A DNA stretch of 14,068 bases from Hormoscilla sp. GTDB taxonomy: Bacteria > Cyanobacteriota > Cyanobacteriia > Cyanobacteriales > Desertifilaceae. The notes under the pieces were generated by a model that was not told the origin of the DNA, searched no databases, and saw nothing but the letters and a program-made list of their open reading frames with translations. The position numbers and the translations under genes were made by a program. Position 1 is the first letter of the stretch. Each line of letters starts with the position of its first letter. Shown one piece after another: positions 7,079-14,068 of this stretch. The DNA lies in contig JBFRWI010000211.1 in assembly GCA_051439505.1 (NCBI GenBank), forward strand, positions 1 through 14,068, written 5' to 3'.

Positions 7079-7852
7079 TTAGCGGGGACTTACGAGGACG
7101 AAACCCCGGGTCTTGCCCGAAGTCTTATCTAATGTCGCCATTGCCTGCCAGAGTTCTTCTGCTTTTACCCAAACAGGAGGGTATTTGTAGCGGGAGACAT
7201 CCAGGATGAGAAAGCGGTCTGTTTCTGCGTGGTAAGCAGCTAAGGGCGAGATATGTCCGCCCCATTTCTGACCAATTGATTTGCGCAGATAGTTGACTAA
7301 GACAAAATTTTCTGACTCCCGTAAATTCCGCACCGCCAGGTCGCGAAACTCCTCCAGACTCACCTCACCACCGTGATAAACTTCGGCCTTAACAGGATAG
7401 CTTTCTAACAGTTTACCCAACTCGGACACAGTCATCCCTTGGCGAGAGATAACTTCAGGTTTCATTACTGTTTTTGTTTGGGCATTAGCAAAAAAGTTCT
7501 CCTGAGTGAAAATGCGATAAGTCCCATATTCAGGCGTTTCTGGGGCCTCAATAGGCAAAGCATTCAGCACCATGACGATACTCGCCACCCCGCAGTAAGC
7601 GCGGTTGGACTGGGTGACGAAGTGAATAGAAAGGGGCAAATAGTCCTTGCGGGCCTTGCTTTCTATCAGTAACTGCTCTCCGCTATCGGAGTTTAAGTTA
7701 ATCAGACCTTCCGAAACCGGCAGCAGTCTCTGGGCCAGCAGTCCCCCACCGGCAAGACACAGGCCGGCGATCGCGGCCCCTAGAGAGATGCGGAGCCTTT
7801 TGGGTATGGTAAATTTATCTATGTTGGCTTTCATGGCTTCTTCTGCTATCAT
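7079..7852 (-). CDS. Phytochelatin synthase family protein (prokaryotic single-domain, glutathione gamma-glutamylcysteinyltransferase-like)
   Basis: Papain-like catalytic set: TQSNRAYCGVAS (Gln/Cys), GGHISPLAAYH (His), LILDVSRYKYPPVWV (Asp), RGFV; N-terminal hydrophobic signal segment. Alternative start at 7834. Confidence 0.93.
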   Translation of the reverse strand: MIAEEAMKANIDKFTIPKRLRISLGAAIAGLCLAGGGLLAQRLLPVSEGLINLNSDSGEQLLIESKARKDYLPLSIHFVTQSNRAYCGVASIVMVLNALPIEAPETPEYGTYRIFTQENFFANAQTKTVMKPEVISRQGMTVSELGKLLESYPVKAEVYHGGEVSLEEFRDLAVRNLRESENFVLVNYLRKSIGQKWGGHISPLAAYHAETDRFLILDVSRYKYPPVWVKAEELWQAMATLDKTSGKTRGFVLVSPR

Positions 7853-7856
7853 CGGC

Positions 7857-7862
7857 TATAAT
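7857..7862 (+). promoter_or_regulatory. Candidate -10 box for the cytochrome c6-like gene
   Basis: Perfect TATAAT about 38 bp upstream of the TTG start, in the short divergent intergenic gap. Confidence 0.4.
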
Positions 7863-7899
7863 ACTCTCACAACAGCATATCATATTGAGGTCGGGAAAA

Positions 7900-8241
7900 T
7901 TGAACAAGTTCACGATCCTGGGACTACTAATTCTGTCCCTGTCCCTGGCACCTGTACCTGGGACTGCCACAGCACGAGCCGCAGATACTGCTAATGGTGC
8001 GAAAATATTCCAAGTCCACTGTGTTGGCTGTCATCCCAAGGGCGGCAATATTATCAGGCGGGGGAAAAATCTGAAAAAACGCGCCTTAAAACGAAATAAA
8101 ATGGATTCCATACAGGCGATCGCTGGGCTAGTGACCGAGGGCAAAAGCCTCATGTCCCCCTACAAAGACCGCTTAACTGCACCGGAGATAGAGGATGTCT
8201 CCGCCTATGTTCTGGAACAGGCAGAAAAAAATTGGAAATAA
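7900..8241 (+). CDS. petJ: Cytochrome c6-like protein (PetJ family, c6B/c6C-type)
   Basis: Signal peptide ending ARA-AD; GAKIF..HCVGCH heme motif; GGNIIRRGKNL; Met ligand in GKSLMSPY; C-terminal QAEKNW. Probable TTG start at 7900 after GAGG. Confidence 0.9.
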   Translation: MNKFTILGLLILSLSLAPVPGTATARAADTANGAKIFQVHCVGCHPKGGNIIRRGKNLKKRALKRNKMDSIQAIAGLVTEGKSLMSPYKDRLTAPEIEDVSAYVLEQAEKNWK

Positions 8242-8259
8242 TGGAGAATTGTGAATGTC

Positions 8260-9807
8260 CTAAGAAATGCCGATCGCAGCGCCGGGGCCCAAGGGAATTT
8301 TCAAGAGAAACCAGATCGCGAACAGCAGGGACCAGCAAATCAGAAAGGCGATCGAGTAAGGTACCATGGTAGCGATCGTGGTGCCCATGCCTAAAGATCG
8401 ATCGTACTTCTGACCGAAGGCGACAATCAAGGGGAAGTAAGGCATCAGTGGAGTGATAATATTAGTAGTAGAGTCGCCAATGCGATAAGCCAATTGAGTC
8501 AATTCTGGCGAGTAACCAACCAGCATCAGCATGGGCACAAACACGGGAGCCATGATATTCCACTTCGCCGATGCCGAACCCACAAACAAGTTAATAAAAG
8601 CACTGACGGCAATAAACATCAGCAGCAGAGGCAAACCTGTAAAACCCGTTGCTTCTAGCACTTTAGCCCCGTTGATGGCGAGGATAATGCCCAAATTACT
8701 CCAGCGGAAATAGGCAAGGAATTGGGAGGCGACGAAGGATAAGGCAATGTAATAGCCCATTTTACTCATCGCTTCCCCCATCGCCCGGGCAATATCTTTA
8801 TCAGTTTGAATTGTGCCCACTACTTTACCATAGACAATGGCGGGAATTAAAAAGCTGAACATCATCAGCGGCACAATTCCATTCAAAAAGGGAGATGGGA
8901 TAATCGTGAAGGTTTCTGGATCCCGCAAAATGCCTTGGGGTGGCAACAGCAAAATTAGCAAAAATGCGATCCATACTAATAAAGTATATCCGGCAAAGCG
9001 CAATCCTTTCCGTTCTGTGACAGTTAGTTTAGTAATTTCTCCGGACTTGGTCTTTCCCTGATAATCACCCAGGCGAGGTTCTACGATTTTTTCAGTGACA
9101 TACCAGCCCACCAAGGTGATGATGATAGTAGAAGCCACCATGAAATAATAGTTAACGGCGGGGTTGACGCTATAGTCTGGATCGAGCAATTGGGCCGCAC
9201 TTTCGCTAATCCCTGCTAGTAACGGATCCAGGACATTGATAAACAGATTAGCGCTGAAACCACCAGCAACTCCGGCAAAAGCTGCCGCTAAACCGGCGAT
9301 CGGATGGCGCTTGCAGGCTAAAAAGACTAAAGCACCCAGGGGCGTTAGTACCACATATCCGGCATCGGCGGCAATGTTGGACATGACCCCAGCAAACACC
9401 ACAGCGGGACAGATTAATTTTCCAGGGGTAACTAGCACTAATTGCCGGAGTGCGGCAGAAATTAGACCCGTGTATTCCGCAAGTCCTACCCCTAACATGG
9501 CCACCAGCACTGTCCCCAGAGGCGGAAAGGTAATGAAATTTTTCACCGCATCGGTGACAATTCTGCGGATGCCGGCAGGCGTCAGCAGGGATATGGCCGG
9601 AATGGTTTCTTGGGTGCCCGGGTGAATAACCGCGATCTTCGCCCCACCCGCGATCGCGCCGATCGCCAGCACCGCAATGGAGAGGTAAAAGAATAACGTC
9701 ACCGGATCGGGCAGCTTGTTCCCCACAGTTTCGATCCATACCAGGGCCACCTCCAATAAACCGGATTTCTTGTTTGAGGTGGATTTTTCTGATTCTTTAT
9801 TCTTCAT
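8260..9807 (-). CDS. abgT: AbgT-family transporter (p-aminobenzoyl-glutamate / antimetabolite transporter)
   Basis: Hallmarks IETVGNKLPDPVTLF, NFITFPPLG.VLV.MLGVG.AE, RHPIAGL, GSASAKW..MAPVFVPM, YRIGDSTTNIITP, PLGPG. Likely start ATG 9807 (MKNKES, 515 aa). Confidence 0.93.
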   Translation of the reverse strand: MKNKESEKSTSNKKSGLLEVALVWIETVGNKLPDPVTLFFYLSIAVLAIGAIAGGAKIAVIHPGTQETIPAISLLTPAGIRRIVTDAVKNFITFPPLGTVLVAMLGVGLAEYTGLISAALRQLVLVTPGKLICPAVVFAGVMSNIAADAGYVVLTPLGALVFLACKRHPIAGLAAAFAGVAGGFSANLFINVLDPLLAGISESAAQLLDPDYSVNPAVNYYFMVASTIIITLVGWYVTEKIVEPRLGDYQGKTKSGEITKLTVTERKGLRFAGYTLLVWIAFLLILLLPPQGILRDPETFTIIPSPFLNGIVPLMMFSFLIPAIVYGKVVGTIQTDKDIARAMGEAMSKMGYYIALSFVASQFLAYFRWSNLGIILAINGAKVLEATGFTGLPLLLMFIAVSAFINLFVGSASAKWNIMAPVFVPMLMLVGYSPELTQLAYRIGDSTTNIITPLMPYFPLIVAFGQKYDRSLGMGTTIATMVPYSIAFLICWSLLFAIWFLLKIPLGPGAAIGIS

Positions 9808-10265
9808 TATTATTCTTCTCTCATACTCACGACATAGGCGATCACACGCAACCATTACCGATCGCCAGATTTTGGTAATCATCAATACATTCTGGCCCGA
9901 TCGTGGATGGTATATGAGGAAAATATTCAGATCGCGATCGCACTGGTGAGGGCTCCTCAAACTTTCTCAACATCACAAATCTTAACTGTTCTTAACAATT
10001 TATGAGAAAGTTACTTCACCTGGGCGCGGTTCTGGCGGGCCCTAGCAAGTGATTAAATCTGTCCCTTGGGTGAGGGTGTTCGGCCCCCCCAAGCTGGCGA
10101 GTGCGATCGCGCAGGATTCGCCAAATGCTCCCGTACCAGGCGATCCCCGGCGAGCGCCTCTCTATGATTTCCAAATCTTAAGAGAATCTAAAAATAAAAT
10201 TTCCAACTCCTTGTCTGTTATATATTAGATAAATAATAAACAAAACTTAACATCCGAACACAACA

Positions 10266-10607
10266 GTGATTAATACTTCCAAGGCTACCAGATACGACGA
10301 TCGGCATCAGAGGAATACGAGCTACATAGTTGCAACTGCTACCTTTGACGGGCAGGGTATACCTAGAGAACATCATATCTTTAATCAAAACAGCGACATC
10401 GAGTGGATGCAGGCAGCTTTTCAGACCATCTCCTTAAAAATGCTGTTGAGTTCTGGGTTGGGACTGGAAGGATTTTCTCGTGCAGTCGTTCGCGGCCACG
10501 AACTTTCTATGGTCGTCACTAAGCAAAAATCTGGATATAAGGCTGTAGTATATAGTACTGTTCCCCAAAAAACTCCGCTAGCTCCGGTTACTACACCATC
10601 GGCATAG
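10266..10607 (+). CDS. Small hypothetical protein, paralog 1 of a Roadblock/MglB-like family
   Basis: Gapless 75-aa core shared with 11382..11690 and 11822..12100; GTG start after an AT-rich leader. Confidence 0.85.
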   Translation: MINTSKATRYDDRHQRNTSYIVATATFDGQGIPREHHIFNQNSDIEWMQAAFQTISLKMLLSSGLGLEGFSRAVVRGHELSMVVTKQKSGYKAVVYSTVPQKTPLAPVTTPSA

Positions 10608-10650
10608 TCAGCGCTGGGGTGGCAGGGTACGATCGCCCAGTCCTCTACTG

Positions 10651-10938
10651 TTAGCTGATAGCTGGTACCTGCAGATTCAGATCGCCAGCAAGGGTGAGGG
10701 ATTTGAGATTCATCCAGACTCGATAGCCCGTGAGAGAGCAAGTCAGACAGACTTCTATTCCTTTGGCCGCCAAGTCGCACCCCAATTCACAAGCATCTAA
10801 TTTATATTCAGTATGATAAGACCGGACTAAGGCATACAATTGGCCTTTGTGATTCATTCCTTCTTGGATGCCGTCGTTATTCCAATATTTGAATATACTC
10901 ACCTTGTCTTCTGAGATCGCAGATAGAATCATGGTCAT
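10651..10938 (-). CDS. Small hypothetical protein (95 aa, 4 Cys), resembling a cyanobacterial hypothetical family
   Basis: ATG start in an otherwise non-coding gap; pattern FKYW..GIQEGM....LY.LV..Y.....A...G..L...G....LT.S..GY.VW.NL.S recalled from cyanobacterial hypotheticals (not verified). Confidence 0.7.
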   Translation of the reverse strand: MTMILSAISEDKVSIFKYWNNDGIQEGMNHKGQLYALVRSYHTEYKLDACELGCDLAAKGIEVCLTCSLTGYRVWMNLKSLTLAGDLNLQVPAIS

Positions 10939-11381
10939 TTACTCGCTACTTAACTGCTTGGGATAAAAGTCATTGAACGTGATGTTCTTAGTATCTCTGA
11001 TTTTCCCGATGCCGTTGGTGATCTTCTCAGGAGCAAAAAGGTGATCCTTTCGGGTCCAACAAGTGATTTCCCTTGTCAAATTCCCCGCACCAAGTCATGC
11101 TAGATTTGTGATGCCGATCGCTTACTGATTAACAGAGTTGCGAGTGTTAGGCATGATAGGGGCTGTTGATGAGCAATTATTGCCGGTGATATGTCTAGAT
11201 AAACCCTCATCGGTAAAAATGTGCAACCTGATTAACTATCGAGTTGAAAATCACCAATCACCTATCACTCATCCTCTGATGGCCGATGGCAATCTTTGAC
11301 ATTTCTTTATATTCTTGAGGTGAAATTAAGCTGAGATTTACAGATAAAATATATATTCAAGCAAAATTTAACATTAGCAAG

Positions 11382-11690
11382 ATGACACATAACACGTTAA
11401 CGAAAGCAGAAACAAGAACAGAGTATCGGCATGGGGGGAATACTAGCTACATGGTAGCCGCTGCTACCTTTGACTCCCAGGGCCTGCCCAGAGAATATCG
11501 ATTGATGGATGAAAACAGCGATCTGGTATGGGTGCAGGCGGCTTTTCAAGCCATATCGTTACAATTCTTACTGCAGGACTGCTTGGGATTGTCCGGATTT
11601 TCCCGTGTGGTGGTTCGCGGCCATCAAATTCGCATCGCGATCGTCAAGCGAAATTTTGGATTTAAGGCTATGGTATTTCGCTCCTCCTGA
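11382..11690 (+). CDS. Small hypothetical protein, paralog 2 of a Roadblock/MglB-like family
   Basis: 42/75 identities to paralog 1 in the core (hand count); also shares RH..NTSY upstream of the core. Confidence 0.87.
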   Translation: MTHNTLTKAETRTEYRHGGNTSYMVAAATFDSQGLPREYRLMDENSDLVWVQAAFQAISLQFLLQDCLGLSGFSRVVVRGHQIRIAIVKRNFGFKAMVFRSS

Positions 11691-11821
11691 GAATTGTATT
11701 GCCAAGGGACGTGAATAATTCTCAATTCTCGGAAGTTACCTGACATTACCGATGACATTGTCCCGGTAAAATGTTTAAGCTGGATGTAATTGTCCCGAAA
11801 ATCTATCCGAGGAAATAAATA

Positions 11822-12100
11822 ATGACTGCTATATTAAAGACAGCATTCAATTCAGACAAGGTGGTAGCGACTGCGAGTTTTGACTCCCAGGGTCGGCCAA
11901 GAGAATACGTGATGTATGATGAAAATGTTAGCTCGCTCTGGGCCCAGACTGCTATGCAAAGCCTATTCTTAAAATTGCTCCTGGAAGTGGCATTTGGACT
12001 CGATGGTTTTGACGGCGCGATCGCCCGCAGTCAAGGGTTAGAGGTGGCGATCGAGAAGTCCTCCTCGGGATACAAAGCTATGTTATTTAGAGCCCAATAG
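11822..12100 (+). CDS. Small hypothetical protein, paralog 3 of a Roadblock/MglB-like family
   Basis: 35/75 identities to paralog 2 and 33/75 to paralog 1 (hand count); SD-like GAGGA upstream of ATG. Confidence 0.85.
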   Translation: MTAILKTAFNSDKVVATASFDSQGRPREYVMYDENVSSLWAQTAMQSLFLKLLLEVAFGLDGFDGAIARSQGLEVAIEKSSSGYKAMLFRAQ

Positions 12101-13703
12101 TTCCTGGCAGTAACAGTCGGGAAGGCCGATCGCCTCCAGAATCGACAGCGATCGTAATAATTTGAGCCGCCATCATGGAAGTTTCTCCCGCTGTAGCACC
12201 GGTGCCCGGATTGACTGCATAAGCAGGGAAACAAGCAGCACTCAAACTCAGACGCAAAGCATTCCCTTTGGCAATTAGCATGCAAGTTGCTTGCAGCCGC
12301 ACGCGCAGGGGAATTCGATCGTCAGTAACCCTGACATAACCCTGAGTGAAGTTATAAACCTTGCCATCTGGTTTCACTTGTGATAATACCGCACAGAGGT
12401 CATAACTGGGTGCATCAGCCGTACAATATATCTCTACTGCTATATCCCCAACAAGATAAAGGTCTGACTCTAGGGGCGCAGAACTGTAGGTAAGAATGTC
12501 CGTGCGACAATCAATGCTAGAACGGTCAAAAGAACCAGATGGGGCAGCAGCATGTCCCCCCAACGCTGGTACGGGTCGCCAAGGGTCGTGAACTAACAGG
12601 TCGGATATCTCATTTGCTGGTGTTTCTGCGCTCAAAGATCCTTCCGAGATGCTAGCATTACCTGTACTTGACAAGAAATATGATTGAGGATTATTCTGGG
12701 GCCAAGTAGAGAGCGATCGCCATTCATTGCTGCCCATTTCAAACAGATAAACTGGGGGTATGCTGTCTGGATCTTGCCCTTTCAGGAAGCGATCGAACCA
12801 CTTAACTTGGATCCGATCCACTGGACTGACCGCAGCAGGGCCATAGTCGATCGCGCCCACCTTGCGGCCCCAGGGTAAATGTCCCCAAGGACCAACCAGG
12901 AGATGTTGATGTTCGACCTTACGAGTAACCATTTCCCGATAGAAACGTAGGGTACCCCGCAAGTAAGTATCGAACCATCCGCCGATATGCAGCATGGGCA
13001 AATTTACATCTTGCATTGGGGGGGCAAATTGCTGCCAATATGCATCCGGGTAGGGATGTTTTAGCCACTCGTGATAGAAAGGTGCATACCTTCTTAAAGT
13101 CTCTGAGAAACGGTTAGATGGGTCGTGGAAAGGTAGATTCCGCGAGGCCCCATACAGGATTTGATAGGCGATCCGATCGCCCTTTAGCCGGGCCGTTTCT
13201 GCCGCCAACTGCACCGCCCAACCCAAATTCCCCTGTAAACAGAAAGCCCCGCCTTCATAGATCCAATCTGCATATAGATCGTAGCCAAGCATAGCAGGGC
13301 AAATAGTTTTCAATGCCGGCGGACGACTAGCAGCGGCGTACAGTTGCGTCATGCCCTGGTAGGAAAACCCATACATTCCCACCACTCCCGTACTTCCTGG
13401 TAAAGATGCTGCCCAGTTTACCGTATCGTAGCCGTCGGAAATTTCCTTTTGGAATGGCAGGAATTCCCCTTCTGAGGTGCCCCGTCCCCGCACATCTTGG
13501 ATTACGACAATGTAACCATGGGCCGCATACCAGCTAGGATGGGCGTAGACTACCGTCGAGGCGATCGATCGGCCATAGGGTTGCCGCATCAGCAACACCG
13601 GGTATTTTCCCTCTGCGGACGGACGGTAGATATCCGCATCCAGACGCACCCGATCGCGAGTCAGCATCGATCCCGTTTCTTTTGGCAGCACTTTCAACAT
13701 CAC
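12087..13703 (-). CDS. CocE/NonD family serine hydrolase (peptidase S15)
   Basis: TRD.VRLDADIYRP, LMRQPYG, QDVRGRGTSEG, nucleophile elbow GFSYQG, GGWFD, GPWGH, C-terminal PepX_C-like beta domain. Start GTG 13703 or ATG 13700. Confidence 0.94.
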   Translation of the reverse strand: MMLKVLPKETGSMLTRDRVRLDADIYRPSAEGKYPVLLMRQPYGRSIASTVVYAHPSWYAAHGYIVVIQDVRGRGTSEGEFLPFQKEISDGYDTVNWAASLPGSTGVVGMYGFSYQGMTQLYAAASRPPALKTICPAMLGYDLYADWIYEGGAFCLQGNLGWAVQLAAETARLKGDRIAYQILYGASRNLPFHDPSNRFSETLRRYAPFYHEWLKHPYPDAYWQQFAPPMQDVNLPMLHIGGWFDTYLRGTLRFYREMVTRKVEHQHLLVGPWGHLPWGRKVGAIDYGPAAVSPVDRIQVKWFDRFLKGQDPDSIPPVYLFEMGSNEWRSLSTWPQNNPQSYFLSSTGNASISEGSLSAETPANEISDLLVHDPWRPVPALGGHAAAPSGSFDRSSIDCRTDILTYSSAPLESDLYLVGDIAVEIYCTADAPSYDLCAVLSQVKPDGKVYNFTQGYVRVTDDRIPLRVRLQATCMLIAKGNALRLSLSAACFPAYAVNPGTGATAGETSMMAAQIITIAVDSGGDRPSRLLLPGTIGL

Positions 13704-13812
13704 ATTTCCTCAACATTTACCTAAATTCGCGACAAATGATACTTATTCTCTTGCCTACTAACAACGGGTGTGGTCATGCATTTGTTGCAGCGGTCTCTCC
13801 CCTTCAACACTT

Positions 13813-13834
13813 CCCTTCGACTAACGCTCAGGGA
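13813..13834. repeat. Short REP-like palindrome TCCCTTCGACTAACGCTCAGGGA
   Basis: Resembles the dispersed CCCTTCGACT(A/T)CGCTCAGGG repeat motif; TCCCT/AGGGA arms. Confidence 0.45.
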
Positions 13835-14068
13835 CCGCAAAATTATTTAAAAATGCGCAGGAGAACCCTGCCACAGGGCTCTCCTTGTGGAGTCTTGCGT
13901 GAGCGATTTAGAGATTTACCTGACCCGGAGTTACGCTCTTAAGCGCCTGGTGAACCGTTGCTTGACCCAAGTGGGGCGCTTTTTGCGCAGTCCGGGCCGG
14001 GCATCCCTGGTTTCGCTTGGGCTTGGGAGGGTGTGATTTTCCAAGCCCCCATGAACCTTTATTCTTAA

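Larger units (their letters stand above)
228..12720. other. HIP1 octamer (GCGATCGC) enrichment, a cyanobacterial genome signature
   Basis: More than 12 copies seen, e.g. ~228, 3975, 4803, 4839, 4926, 6018, 6738, 7768, 8116, 9650, 9933, 10103, 12017, 12713, plus many CGATCG cores. Confidence 0.9.

Noticed and set aside
9808..9960. 51-aa N-terminal extension of AbgT
   Set aside because: Family similarity begins near MKNKES...IETVGNKLP; the extension looks like intergenic, HIP1-rich sequence.
5301..13942. Antisense or overlapping ORFs within ggt, pcs, petJ, abgT, the paralogs and cocE (e.g. 5301, 6584, 7439, 7647, 8531, 8837, 9236, 9248, 10421, 11509, 12031, 12684, 13497, 13682)
   Set aside because: Shadow frames of well-supported genes, without motifs or convincing starts.
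13860..14068. Known riboswitch (cobalamin, TPP, glycine, c-di-AMP, c-di-GMP) or 6S/SRP RNA; 37-aa minus-strand peptide MGAWKITPSQ…
   Set aside because: Only isolated short matches without the full consensus cores; the peptide has no family evidence or nearby modifying enzymes.

Overview
Cyanobacterial chromosomal window (many HIP1 GCGATCGC octamers, STRR- and REP-like repeats). Recognisable genes: ABC-2-type permease, Rv2179c-like DEDD 3'-5' exonuclease, gamma-glutamyltransferase (ggt), prokaryotic phytochelatin-synthase-like enzyme, cytochrome c6-like (c6B/C-type) protein, AbgT-family transporter and CocE/NonD hydrolase. Pseudogenes: a PsbP-like-domain gene and a DUF2887/Rpn-like fragment. 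The first 5 kb holds four MITE insertions from three families, each with TIRs wrapped around a palindromic core. Three have perfect 8-9 bp target-site duplications; one frameshifts a gene and another replaces a C-terminus. The most interesting unexplained content is (i) three paralogous small proteins with a gapless 75-aa core and Roadblock/MglB-like topology, with an opposite-strand small gene among them (10.2-12.1 kb), (ii) a stand-alone 441-aa protein with an intact Pol-beta-type nucleotidyltransferase motif, and (iii) a long rod-like hairpin region at the right edge. All family calls come from motif recognition by eye; no database searches were run.
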